This document shows, in pieces, positions 35,491-45,088 of a stretch of 58,042 bases of DNA (within the stretch, counting starts at the first letter, position 1; each line of letters begins with the position of its first letter). The notes below the pieces were generated by a model that was not told where the DNA came from, did no database searches, and saw nothing but the letters and a program-made list of their open reading frames with translations. Both the position numbers and the translations under genes were made by a program. Origin of the DNA: an uncultured Gemmatimonadales bacterium (GTDB lineage: Bacteria; Pseudomonadota; Gammaproteobacteria; Pseudomonadales; IMCC2047); assembly GCA_964195105.1 (NCBI GenBank), contig CAXMOT010000106.1, positions 1 through 58,042 of the forward strand. Direction: 5' to 3'.

Positions 35491-36090
35491 ATGACGCAAG
35501 TACTTCACCTCAGCAGCAGTATTTTTGGCGAAAACAGCAAATCTAACCGATTGGCCGCCACATTTGTAGATCGACTCCAGGCTCAGGGCGCAGGGGTCAA
35601 CGTTACCCGCCGTGACCTTGCGGCCGATGCTGTACCGCATTTATCCGCGGTGGCTTTCCAGGCATTCTCCACGCCAGCCGAGGACCGTACACCCGAACAG
35701 CAGCAACTGACGGCGCTCTCGGACGCATTGGTCGAAGAACTCCAGCGCAGCGATACTATCGTGCTGGGCTTGCCCATGTATAACTTCGGCATTCCTTCCA
35801 GCCTGAAGGCGTGGATTGATCATGTCGCCCGTGCGGGACTGACCTTCCAATATACAGCGAACGGACCGCAAGGCCTGTTGACCGGTAAGAAGCTCTATGT
35901 TTTTGCTACCCGTGGCGGCCAATACCTGGGTACGTCCCTTGATACCCAGAGCCAGTACATACGTGACTTTTTTGCCTTCCTGGGCGTGCAGGACGTCGAA
36001 TTTATTTATGCCGAAAACCTGGCTCGGCCGGGGCTGCAGGAAGAAAGCCTCGAAGCCGCCAATGCCGACATTGCTGCGTTGGCGATCTAG
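35491..36090 (+). CDS. azoR: FMN-dependent NADH-azoreductase
   Basis: MTQVLHLSSSIFGENSKSNRLA...LGLPMYNFGIPSSLKAWIDHV. Confidence 0.9.
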   Translation: MTQVLHLSSSIFGENSKSNRLAATFVDRLQAQGAGVNVTRRDLAADAVPHLSAVAFQAFSTPAEDRTPEQQQLTALSDALVEELQRSDTIVLGLPMYNFGIPSSLKAWIDHVARAGLTFQYTANGPQGLLTGKKLYVFATRGGQYLGTSLDTQSQYIRDFFAFLGVQDVEFIYAENLARPGLQEESLEAANADIAALAI

Positions 36091-36327
36091 CTGCCGTGTG
36101 CTCGCGGCTAAAAAGCGAGATCGGGAGGCCAGGCTGGAAGCGAATGCGGAGTCAGGGTCAGAGCCAGGACCTGGCGCGGAGGACGACCGCGACGAACAGT
36201 CATAAATCTCAATTTTGTTTGGCTATCAGTGGGGGTGTTCCGGATGACTATACCAGCAATTATTCCCAATAATTAAAACACCCCATGCCGTCCCTGGCGT
36301 GAGGAGGGGGATGCGGGATTAATCCCG

Positions 36328-38226
36328 CTATGGGTCAGTTGATAGGGGCTCGTTGATAATGGCCATGATTCGATTCGTTGTCAGTGTGGCGCTGGCATCG
36401 TCGAACTGGCCCTTGCCGGTGATCACTTTCATGCTGGTGACACCATCGAGTTCGTCGGCGAGTTCGGCTTCAAACAACGGAAAGTTGTTAAACACCTGCA
36501 CGGCTCCTCGCTGGGCAATGACGAATAACCCGGAGTCGGGGCTGCGTGGCGCATAGGTCGGGTCGATGCCGGCATCCAGCAGGTCTGTTTTCACACCCAG
36601 GCGAATAACATGGTGGAATTGGCCAAGCTCGGAGTTCGCCAGGTTAATCACCAGGCCTTCGGCTGAAGAGGTCAGGAACGGGGCGGTGGTGCCGCCTTCG
36701 AGCCAGCTGATCTTCATCTTCGCCAGCACGTCGGCAACGATAGCGACGCTGCGGGCGGTAAAGTCCGGCGGCGCTTCACCAAATCGATTCACGAAGCCAC
36801 GCACCTTGATCGGGGCGTTCTCATTAAAGCGGGCGGCATCGAGGCTCAGGGTATCCACTTCATACAGGGTGGGGTTCGCATCCTCGCTGCTACCGGTACC
36901 GGAGAAATCGAACAGTGATACCCGGCGGCGATCGATGGTCTGCAAATCGATCACGAGGGGCAGGGCACTGACAACTTCACCGGAAAGATTGGTGTAGCGC
37001 ATCTGCACGCGACCTGAACTGGCATCAAGAACCATGCCCGCGGGATCGGTAACGGTGTATTCACCCATTACTACCACGCGTTGGCCCACAGAGATGTCAT
37101 CCTTGTCCAGCGCTTCATCAGCGGCACCCTGCTTTTTCACCAGCGTATCCGGGCCGACAATTACTGTAATGGTATCGCGGAATGACGGACGTAGATCCCG
37201 TCGCCCAACCGTCGCGCCCAGCAGAGTCAGTGTATCGCCAGAGCGGGCAATAATATTACCACGAGCAAAGTCCCGGTCAGACCAGGGTACGCTGGTTCCC
37301 GCAACAACAAATGCAGCTTCAAAACGACCAGCGTCGCGGTTGAAGGAGCCCTGGGCAATGACGGGTTCGTGATTGACGAGTTCCGCTAATGCGAGTAACC
37401 CTTCGCCACCGACGTATGAGGCTTCATTGATTTCATAACTGGTCTCTTCCAGTACAAACACACGGATGGTGCCGAAATCACCCGTATCGCGATGGAACGG
37501 ACGCACATTGACGCCAAAGGCGTTTTCATCGGGTACCACAACATCAAGTAAACCACGGACACGGTGCTCTTTGGGGTCTTCCAACAGAGTATCTGCGATG
37601 AACACCGGGTCGACTGTGACCTCAGTTGCAGCAAGGTCGATATCATGCGAGGCGGCCAGGTCGAAATCGAGCGTCACATGGGCAGGAACGCCGCGGGCGA
37701 TCCTGAAATTATCCGAATCGACCAGGTGCACGTCTACTACCAACTGGTCTATGGGCACGCCATCAGCATCAACGGCAACAGTATTAACGCCCGCTCCCGA
37801 CGCATCTTCCACCATGATGTTTGCGTTAGTGTAGTCAAGCGTCATACTGACGCTGGCGTAGACGCCGGCAGGTATTGTCGCAGCGGTAAAGAACTCGGTG
37901 AGTTCAGTATACTGCGCGAAGTCAACCTCGGTAGCCAAAGGCACCGTTTCGACTTCGGTACCGTTACGGTGGGTGAGGACGATCGACTCAACGCTAACCG
38001 TATAGGTGAGGAAGTCTCCCTCAGCATCGGTCAAACCAATGATTACCTCCCCGGTTTCGGGGGCGCTACTTCCGCCATCGGAGCCAGCGCCACCATCGAT
38101 ACCACCGGACCCGCCACCTCCGCAGGCCTGGATCAGGGCGAAGCTAAATGTGAAAAGGAAAAATATGGCGAGCTTGGGCAGGCCGCGCCAAAGGTTTGAT
38201 ATAATCATTAATGGAAAATTCAGCAT
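36328..38226 (-). CDS. large lipoprotein, DUF4382-like N-terminal domain
   Basis: Lipobox LIQAC followed by a Gly/Ser linker, then IIGLTDAEGDFLTYTVSVESIVL..., which resembles DUF4382. 632 aa. Confidence 0.6.
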   Translation of the reverse strand: MLNFPLMIISNLWRGLPKLAIFFLFTFSFALIQACGGGGSGGIDGGAGSDGGSSAPETGEVIIGLTDAEGDFLTYTVSVESIVLTHRNGTEVETVPLATEVDFAQYTELTEFFTAATIPAGVYASVSMTLDYTNANIMVEDASGAGVNTVAVDADGVPIDQLVVDVHLVDSDNFRIARGVPAHVTLDFDLAASHDIDLAATEVTVDPVFIADTLLEDPKEHRVRGLLDVVVPDENAFGVNVRPFHRDTGDFGTIRVFVLEETSYEINEASYVGGEGLLALAELVNHEPVIAQGSFNRDAGRFEAAFVVAGTSVPWSDRDFARGNIIARSGDTLTLLGATVGRRDLRPSFRDTITVIVGPDTLVKKQGAADEALDKDDISVGQRVVVMGEYTVTDPAGMVLDASSGRVQMRYTNLSGEVVSALPLVIDLQTIDRRRVSLFDFSGTGSSEDANPTLYEVDTLSLDAARFNENAPIKVRGFVNRFGEAPPDFTARSVAIVADVLAKMKISWLEGGTTAPFLTSSAEGLVINLANSELGQFHHVIRLGVKTDLLDAGIDPTYAPRSPDSGLFVIAQRGAVQVFNNFPLFEAELADELDGVTSMKVITGKGQFDDASATLTTNRIMAIINEPLSTDP

Positions 38227-38366
38227 GTGTTACCTCCAGGTATTATTAACCGAATATAAACTCTGTAGTCCCAATCAACGCCGGGGTGCGGATTCGGTTG
38301 ACAGGTTAGGGTAATTTTTAGAATAAAAGAGCACAGGACTAATTGTCCCAATCGAAAGGCGACAGA

Positions 38367-39110
38367 ATGGAATGGACCACGATTAGTTTTTTAGCCTGCA
38401 CGCTATTGATCAGCGTTGGTGCGCTGATGCAGGCGGTAACCGGCCTCGGTGCGGGGCTGGTCGTGGTTCCGCTACTCGCACTGGTAAGCATTAACCTGGT
38501 GCCAGGCCCGGTTATTTTTGCCAGTCTTGTACTTTCGAGTTTGATGGCGTTGCGGGGCAGGGCAAATATCAATTTTACCAATACAGGTACGCTTGTTGCC
38601 GGTTTGGTAGCGGGTACCGTGGTCGCGGCCAGTTACGTCGCCAGGCTACCCATGACAAGTCTCGGTATGGTATTTGGTTTGCTGGTGTTATTGGCGGTGT
38701 GGATTAGCGCTGTCGCACCCACCCTGGAATTAGATCGACGCGGTTTGCTCGGAGCCGGGGCTTTATCTGGTTTTATGGGCGCATCTGCAGGGATAGGCGC
38801 GCCAGTGCTGGCGCTTCTATACCAGCGAAAAAAGGGACCTGAGTTTCGCGCCACTCTCGCGTTTCTTTATTTTATTTCGTCAATTGTGATGCTCTCTTGC
38901 CTGCATTTGGCCGGTCGATTTGGCAGCCCGGAAGTGATGGCAGGCCTGTTACTGATGCCGGGTTACATGCTGGGCTATGTGTTAGCTCCACGTCTAGTAA
39001 TGCACTTTGACAAGGGTTACACAAGGCTGGGCGTACTGATTATCTCCACACTCAGCGGGCTCGCATTAATCAGCCAAAGCGTGCTGAAACTCATCACCTC
39101 GGTCCCCTAA
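38367..39110 (+). CDS. TSUP (TauE/SafE) family anion exporter
   Basis: GALMQAVTGLGAGLVVVPLLAL... in two repeated halves, about 8 TM segments. Confidence 0.8.
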   Translation: MEWTTISFLACTLLISVGALMQAVTGLGAGLVVVPLLALVSINLVPGPVIFASLVLSSLMALRGRANINFTNTGTLVAGLVAGTVVAASYVARLPMTSLGMVFGLLVLLAVWISAVAPTLELDRRGLLGAGALSGFMGASAGIGAPVLALLYQRKKGPEFRATLAFLYFISSIVMLSCLHLAGRFGSPEVMAGLLLMPGYMLGYVLAPRLVMHFDKGYTRLGVLIISTLSGLALISQSVLKLITSVP

Positions 39111-39271
39111 AATAACCTTGGCGGCTGACCGGTGTTTGGCGTATCTTTATGCTCTGGTTAAGGGGTTGCTCCTGCAACCTGCACAGCTAATTACGGTTCG
39201 CGCAAGCAGTTCGGCTTCCGGACCAAATTAGTCGGGAATCAACCCGGCGAACATTCAATGTGGAGATTAAC

Positions 39272-39751
39272 ATGGCTATACAAGTAGGGGATTCGATTCC
39301 TGCCGTAACACTCAATATCATGACACAAGAGGGGCCTGCGCCCATTACTACTGACGAGATTTTCAGTGGCAAGAAGGTTGTCCTGATTGCCGTACCGGGA
39401 GCCTTTACACCAGGCTGTTCACAGGCACACTTACCGGGTTATGTGGTCAACGCCGATGCCATCAAGGCAAAGGGCGTAGATACGATAGCGTGTGTGTCGG
39501 TTAATGATGCATTCGTAATGGGTGCATGGGGAACGGCTCAGAATGCTGAAGAGATATTGATGCTGGCCGACGGGAATTGCGAATTCACCAAGGCCGTTGA
39601 TCTTGTGCTGGATGCGTCAGGGTTTGGAATGGGTATGCGTTCGCAGCGTTACTCTATGATCGTTGAAAATGGACAAGTGACGGTTCTAAACGTAGAGCCC
39701 GATGCCGGGGTTGATGTTTCCACTGCGGAAAACATAATGGAAGCGTTATAA
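39272..39751 (+). CDS. peroxiredoxin (Prx5-type)
   Basis: VVLIAVPGAFTPGCSQAHLPGYV. GGAG precedes ATG 39272. Confidence 0.92.
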   Translation: MAIQVGDSIPAVTLNIMTQEGPAPITTDEIFSGKKVVLIAVPGAFTPGCSQAHLPGYVVNADAIKAKGVDTIACVSVNDAFVMGAWGTAQNAEEILMLADGNCEFTKAVDLVLDASGFGMGMRSQRYSMIVENGQVTVLNVEPDAGVDVSTAENIMEAL

Positions 39752-39755
39752 GGAT

Positions 39756-40024
39756 CTGGTACTCCGTCCCCTTGATACTTGCGGATACAGCGCTGCTGTG
39801 GTGTTTCGAAACAAGGCACAGCGTGCAGGGAATGGTTACCCCCTTCCCAAACGCTGTAACGCAGTGGCGGGACACCACAGCAGCGCCCTGTGGGTTGGCG
39901 TGTCAGCGTCCATGGACAGCGTTGCGTCTCTTGCCAAGGGAACGGCCATTGGCGGCGAACCGCGCCTTGCCATGAACGCTGATGCACCAACTGAATTCGT
40001 AATTATCAAGGGGACGGAGTACTA
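39756..40024. repeat. structured intergenic element, copy B (candidate ncRNA or structured mobile element)
   Basis: A 22-bp closing helix pairs 39756-39777 with 40003-40024 (one G-T pair). Helices 39791-39804/39872-39885, 39850-39857/39916-39923 and 39903-39915/39970-39982 sit in the same topology as in copy A. The core 39926-39976 is shared with copy A. Confidence 0.8.
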
Positions 40025-40025
40025 G

Positions 40026-40059
40026 TATTGAGGTCGAAGGGATCCCTTCGACCTCAATA
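40026..40059. terminator. perfect 34-bp palindrome between convergent genes (terminator-like hairpin)
   Basis: TATTGAGGTCGAAGGGA|TCCCTTCGACCTCAATA, 6 nt past the stop of the minus-strand RRM gene. There is no clear U-tract on either strand. Confidence 0.5.
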
Positions 40060-40065
40060 AGTTTA

Positions 40066-40338
40066 CTACCTGCGTCCGCCCTTTCCACCACGCTTGGGAC
40101 GTGGCTTCTCTTCCTGAACTTTCAGTGATTGGCCTTTGTACTCAGACCCATCAAGTCCTGCCATCGCGGCACGAGCTTCATGACCTTCCATGTCTACGGT
40201 TGCAAAACCGCGGCAGTTGCCACTAAATACATCCATCGCGATTTTTACACCGCGTACCGTGCCAAACTGCGAAAACAACTCCTGCACATCCGCTTCTCTC
40301 GTTTCCGGTGCCAGGTTTCTTACAAACATGCTCTTCAT
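40066..40338 (-). CDS. RRM-type RNA-binding protein
   Basis: RNP2 MFVRNL and RNP1 RGFATVDM, with a Gly/Arg tail. Confidence 0.88.
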   Translation of the reverse strand: MKSMFVRNLAPETREADVQELFSQFGTVRGVKIAMDVFSGNCRGFATVDMEGHEARAAMAGLDGSEYKGQSLKVQEEKPRPKRGGKGGRR

Positions 40339-40523
40339 GGTGTTCTCCAAATATCAGCGGAGTTATTAGCAATAGTCAAACCCCCTGCCTGAACAATCCA
40401 GGCGGGGTACACAACGTCCGGCATACCGAACCCTATGAGAGCTTAGCCGCGATTTCTCGCGACGATCGCAAATGACGCTAGTGAGTATGTCTGCGGCCCA
40501 TTGAGCCGCAAACCAATGCCAAC

Positions 40524-40730
40524 CTAAACTATTTCGACGTTCGTAGCTTGAGGGCCTTTCTGGCCGTCTTGAACATCAAAAGCGACTTTTTGGCCTTCGG
40601 CCAGTGATTTAAAGCCGGTGCCAGTAATTGCGGAATAATGTACAAATACATCCTTGCCGTCTTCGCGTTCCAGGAAGCCAAATCCTTTTGTTTCATTAAA
40701 CCATTTTACTTGGCCAGTATGTGAGGGCAT
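40524..40730 (-). CDS. cold-shock protein (CspA family)
   Basis: [30 protein letters not shown]. Confidence 0.95.
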   Translation of the reverse strand: MPSHTGQVKWFNETKGFGFLEREDGKDVFVHYSAITGTGFKSLAEGQKVAFDVQDGQKGPQATNVEIV

Positions 40731-41001
40731 ATCTATCTCCAAAATTTTCTTAAATTACAAACTTAAATTGCCTTAACGGCAGGTACTGTGAGATCCAGGA
40801 ATTACTTACGATTAAACAAGCGATGGGAGGGTAGTACCAGGCCTTACAATTGTAAAAAACATAAATAGTCGCTGTATTCCGAGCAGCGAGGGAATTATAT
40901 GCCTTTTAGGATTCTTGTAAAGAGTGGCCACGAATTTGTTTGGGTTTGCAGATCAATCCCTCGTACTTTCGGTAGATCCCTGCAGTGGCCCAGTCCCAGG
41001 C

Positions 41002-41328
41002 CTAAAGTTCCAGGTCTTGCTGCCTGAACAGCTCAGATTCCTGTTGCAGGATTCTCGATTCAATCGCTTCCGTGAAATCCATGTCCAATGCGGCACAAAT
41101 ACGCATCAAAGCCAGGGCTGCCTGCGCGACCTGCTGCTTGACATCCGGATGCACGCTACTGTTAAACAGCAGCGTCGCCTGGGGTGATAAGTCACCAATT
41201 TGATTGTTCAATAGCGCCACATCGGCGACCAGTTCCGAACTCAGCGAATCCAGTATCTGCTTCTTGCGCTGCGCCAGGTCATAAATGATCGGCTGGTGGT
41301 GGAGATGGTGTTCTGTTACATCTGTCAT
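41002..41328 (-). CDS. hypothetical protein (weak MazG-like helical resemblance)
   Basis: 108-aa ORF. The C-terminal ALALMRICAALDMDFTEAIESRI recalls MazG-type pyrophosphohydrolases, but the acidic EExxE motif is not evident. Confidence 0.45.
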   Translation of the reverse strand: MTDVTEHHLHHQPIIYDLAQRKKQILDSLSSELVADVALLNNQIGDLSPQATLLFNSSVHPDVKQQVAQAALALMRICAALDMDFTEAIESRILQQESELFRQQDLEL

Positions 41329-41503
41329 AAAAATGGAAATCCTTTTCGTGGCAACCGGGTCGGATGGGCTGTTGATAGTCCCGGCTGGTTACAGATTCGG
41401 GTCGGCCCTTGCTGAGGCGGTCGCGCAGTATACCAACCCCGACAGTGAAAGCATCCCGCTGATTGGAATTCAGGCGAATCTTTGGTGCTGCCCGGTCTTC
41501 GCT

Positions 41504-41953
41504 TCAGCCTTCATATAGCGCGGCAAACCTGGGCGCCGAAAATCCGTTCATCCGCTTGTTGCCGACCAGAATAACTGGCACACCTTTACCGCCCAATTTG
41601 TCATAGGCTCGACGGGCTGCGGCGGATGCTTCGATATCATGCTCCTTGTAGGCGATGTTATTTGCGGCAAAATAGTCCCGGGCTTTGCGGCAATAGCCGC
41701 ACCAACTGGTACTGTACATGACCACCCTTTGTTGAATTGCCGCGGGGCCAGCGTAGTCGCTTACTTCCACGCGTTGAAAAGAATTGATCGGGCGGAGCCT
41801 GACCTGCTCGAGGGTGGGGGTTTCTTCAGCTGCAGGCGGTTGATCACCAAAATGAACCTTGCCTGTTGCGTCCGTCCATTTATAAATGTCGGCGGATAAA
41901 TGTGCTGCCAGGGCGAGCAGAGCCAAGCATAACAAAGGAGCGGTGAAACGCAT
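41504..41953 (-). CDS. DUF4124 plus glutaredoxin domain protein
   Basis: Signal peptide, then DIYKWTDATGKVHFGDQPP (DUF4124), then VVMYSTSWCGYCRKARDYF (CxxC glutaredoxin fold). Confidence 0.85.
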   Translation of the reverse strand: MRFTAPLLCLALLALAAHLSADIYKWTDATGKVHFGDQPPAAEETPTLEQVRLRPINSFQRVEVSDYAGPAAIQQRVVMYSTSWCGYCRKARDYFAANNIAYKEHDIEASAAARRAYDKLGGKGVPVILVGNKRMNGFSAPRFAALYEG

Positions 41954-42097
41954 CGCAGGTTCCTTGTAAAATTTCTTTACACAGTCGTTTAACTATAGCG
42001 TAATGGGCACGCCTTAATCAGGTATTACAGTAGTGATTATAGTTATGAACCCGACCACCATCATAGCAATCATAATAAAAGCCGGGGGCGAACCACA

Positions 42098-42856
42098 GTG
42101 ACACGTATCCATAGCCTTTACCTGCTTGGCGGGGTCACGCTCGCCGCGCTCGTAGCCGCGTTGTTTGCGGCGCCGATTCCACAGGATCCCGCCTACCACC
42201 TGTTTACCGATGAAAGCGCGCCTTTCGGCATTCCCAATTTTGCCAACGTCGTCTCCAATGCGCCGTTTTTGGTTGTTGCCGTTCTCGGATTCCATGCCTT
42301 ATCCAGGGAGCCCCTGACGGGCACTCATCCCGCTTTGAAGACACTGTACAGGGTGTTTTTTGTGGGTGTATTCTTAACCGCGTTCGGATCAGGCTGGTAT
42401 CACCTGAACCCCAATAATGAAACGTTGGTATGGGATCGATTGCCGATGACGATTTCATTTATGGCGCTGTTCTGCGTGATTATCGGTGAACATATCAGTG
42501 CGATGCTGGCACGGCGCTGCTTCCCGTTCCTGCTTCTGGCCGGGTTGTTGTCAGTCGGTTATTGGCACCTGACCGAAACGGCCGGCAACGGTGACCTGAG
42601 GCCCTATGCGTTGGTGCAGTTCCTGCCGATGCTATTGGTGCCGATCATCCTGCTGCTGTTCCCGGCGGCACTCAAGCCGGTTAGCTATTACTGGGGCGTT
42701 ATCCTGTTCTATGTGCTGTCGAAAGGGGTGGAACTGCTGGACAGCGAAATATACGCCGTGACCGGGTTCCTAAGCGGGCATTCACTCAAGCATGTGCTGG
42801 CTGCTGTGGCGGCCTTTATGTTCTATCTGGCACTGCGCCGGCGTACAATGATTTGA
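42098..42856 (+). CDS. ceramidase-like (alkaline phytoceramidase family) membrane protein
   Basis: 7-TM pattern with FANVVSNAPF, GSGWYHLNP, WDRLPMT and GHSLKHVLAA motifs, which recall the bacterial ceramidase-like family. Confidence 0.6.
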   Translation: MTRIHSLYLLGGVTLAALVAALFAAPIPQDPAYHLFTDESAPFGIPNFANVVSNAPFLVVAVLGFHALSREPLTGTHPALKTLYRVFFVGVFLTAFGSGWYHLNPNNETLVWDRLPMTISFMALFCVIIGEHISAMLARRCFPFLLLAGLLSVGYWHLTETAGNGDLRPYALVQFLPMLLVPIILLLFPAALKPVSYYWGVILFYVLSKGVELLDSEIYAVTGFLSGHSLKHVLAAVAAFMFYLALRRRTMI

Positions 42857-43071
42857 CAGGAGCAGGCAGGAGCGTTTTAAACAGACGGAGCGCTGCTTTT
42901 GGCAAGGTGCCGGCCGGCATTTACAGGGATTACGATGCATTTTGCGAATGCCGCAGCTGCCAGAAGGTCTATTGGCAGGACAGTCATTATGACCGGATGA
43001 TCGATTCTATATGCTCATTCCAGGCCGGCGGCGGACGAACCAATGTTACTACCGGATTTGCGCATGGATAG
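42853..43071 (+). pseudogene. C-terminal remnant of a Mut7-C RNase domain gene
   Basis: VPAGIYRDYDAFCECRSCQKVYWQDSHYDRM matches the C-terminal zinc-ribbon tail of Mut7-C (F..C..C...YW.GSH...M). The PIN-like N-terminal body is absent, and the ORF overlaps both neighbouring genes. Confidence 0.5.
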
Positions 43072-43804
43072 CACGATTCAAACCATCCCGTTGACCAGCT
43101 TAGCAGTGGCGTTTATTCCGGCCCTGGTGGCCGTCGCGATAATGTTCAAGTGGTCCCTAAATGCCAGCAACGGCCTCTATGCCATGGCGCGGATGCTGGC
43201 CCAGTTGCTGATCATCGGCTATTTCCTCACCTCTATCTTTGAGTCGGACAGCGCCAGCATTGTGGTCGCGATTCTTGTCGTGATGGTGGCAGCGTCCAGC
43301 TGGATTGCGTTGGGGGCCGTGTGTGATAAGCGCCGCAGGCTCTATGGCGCCGCAAGTTGCTCGATCCTCATCGGCGGCGGCATAACGTTGCTGCTGGTCA
43401 CCCAGGCGGTACTGGGACTGGATCCGTGGTACTGGCCACCGTATATGGTGCCATTGGCGGGGATGATCTTTGCCAGCTCGATGAACAGCGTAAGCCTCGC
43501 CGCCGAGCGCATGAATGCAGAGTTGGGGCGCGGTGTCGACTATACCTCCGCGCGTAATATTGCGTTTCAGGCATCCCTGATACCCGTTATTAATTCCCTG
43601 TTTGCGGTGGGGCTGGTGTCACTGCCGGGTATGATGACAGGGCAGATACTTTCCGGTATTTCACCATTGATCGCAGCGCGCTACCAGATTATGGTGATGT
43701 GCATGATTTTTGGATCGTCGGGCATGTCGGCGGCGTTATTCCTGGTCATGGCCAAGCAGCGATTTACCGAGGCCGATACGGCCCGTCAATCCATTCAACG
43801 ATAA
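43064..43804 (+). CDS. FetB/YbbM-like (UPF0014) ABC-type permease
   Basis: LAQLLIIGYFLTSIF... and an overall 7-TM layout like E. coli FetB. No adjacent FetA-type ATPase gene. Confidence 0.7.
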   Translation: MDSTIQTIPLTSLAVAFIPALVAVAIMFKWSLNASNGLYAMARMLAQLLIIGYFLTSIFESDSASIVVAILVVMVAASSWIALGAVCDKRRRLYGAASCSILIGGGITLLLVTQAVLGLDPWYWPPYMVPLAGMIFASSMNSVSLAAERMNAELGRGVDYTSARNIAFQASLIPVINSLFAVGLVSLPGMMTGQILSGISPLIAARYQIMVMCMIFGSSGMSAALFLVMAKQRFTEADTARQSIQR

Positions 43805-43823
43805 AGCATAGGGAGAGAAGCAC

Positions 43824-44483
43824 ATGGCAACAGTACTAATCACGGGTGCGAGTCGGGGTATTGGCCTTGAATTGTGCCGCCAGTTGCACGCGCGGGGTGA
43901 CGAAGCGATCGCAGCATGCCGGCAGGCGACGCCTGAACTTACCGAACTCGGTGTCCGGGTGATCGACAATGTTGACGTCAGTTCTGATGCCGCCGTCGCG
44001 CAACTGGTAGCTTTATTGGAGGGGCAAAAGTTGGACTGGTTGATCAACAATGCCGGGATCCTGACCTTTGAATCGCTGCTCGATCTCGATTTCGATCGTA
44101 TCCGCAGGCAGTTCGAGGTGAATACCCTCGGCCCGCTGCGGGTTACCAGGGCATTGCTCGACAATTTGCCGCCAGGCTCGAAGGTGGGCATCGTCTCGAG
44201 CAGGGTAGGGTCGTTGGCAGATAACGGTTCGGGGGGCCTTTACGGCTATCGGATTTCGAAAACCGCGGTAAACATGGCCGGCGTCAACCTGAGCATTGAT
44301 CTTAAGGATCATGGCATACCCGTGGCCCTGTTGCACCCGGGTATGGTTGCGACCGAAATGACGGGCAAGCAGGGTATTGAAATCCCGGATGCCGCGCGGG
44401 GCCTGCTGGCGAGAATGGACGAGTTAACCCTCGCAAATACCGGCAAGTTCTGGCATGCCGAGGGCTACGAGTTACCCTGGTAA
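43824..44483 (+). CDS. SDR family oxidoreductase
   Basis: VLITGASRGIGLEL, NNAG and YRISKTAVN motifs. Confidence 0.9.
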   Translation: MATVLITGASRGIGLELCRQLHARGDEAIAACRQATPELTELGVRVIDNVDVSSDAAVAQLVALLEGQKLDWLINNAGILTFESLLDLDFDRIRRQFEVNTLGPLRVTRALLDNLPPGSKVGIVSSRVGSLADNGSGGLYGYRISKTAVNMAGVNLSIDLKDHGIPVALLHPGMVATEMTGKQGIEIPDAARGLLARMDELTLANTGKFWHAEGYELPW

Positions 44484-44629
44484 AAATGACTACCGCACAG
44501 GCCCCTTCGGGCCTATAATAGCGCAGGCATAAAGTTAAGTTATTTTTTATGAAAAGTTAGCAAAGCACTGAAATATATACTATTTATTGTGCTTTTTAAT
44601 GACAAACAGTAAATCAGGGAGGTCAACAG

Positions 44630-44974
44630 ATGGCTTACGATGAAGGTGTAGCACAGCGCGTGCGTGAAGTGTTAGTGGATTGCGACGGCATTGCCGACGA
44701 CGGCATTGCTGAGAAAAGTATGTTCGGGGGCATTGCCTTCATGATCGGGGGCAATATGTGTTGCGGTATCGTCGATGATAATTTGATGGCGCGGATAGGT
44801 CCCGCCGAATACAAGAATGCCCTGGCGATGCCATTTGTCCGGCAAATGGATTTTACCGGCAAAGCCATGAAGGGATTTGTTTACGTCGCGCCTGCCGGCT
44901 TTGATTCCGATGACGACCTCAAAGGCTGGGTTGATATGTCCCTGGCGTTTACCGAAACTCTGCCTGCCAAATAA
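44630..44974 (+). CDS. TfoX N-terminal domain-only protein
   Basis: EKSMFGGIAFMIGGNMCCGI...MKGFVYV is the typical TfoX_N pattern. At 114 aa it lacks a TfoX C-terminal domain. Confidence 0.8.
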   Translation: MAYDEGVAQRVREVLVDCDGIADDGIAEKSMFGGIAFMIGGNMCCGIVDDNLMARIGPAEYKNALAMPFVRQMDFTGKAMKGFVYVAPAGFDSDDDLKGWVDMSLAFTETLPAK

Positions 44975-45042
44975 AACCCGGCAACAAACCCTTTGCCTCA
45001 ATCCGCCGATAGCGTCGGGGCTATATACAATATCCAGAGCAT

Positions 45043-45088
45043 AAAAAAAACGGCACTGCACTCGGGGGGTTGAGTAAACAGCGCCGTT
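45043..45088 (-). terminator. Rho-independent terminator on the minus strand with no CDS upstream of it
   Basis: On the minus strand, AACGGCGCTG...CAGTGCCGTT forms a 10-bp stem (one G-U pair) followed by T8. Confidence 0.75.
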
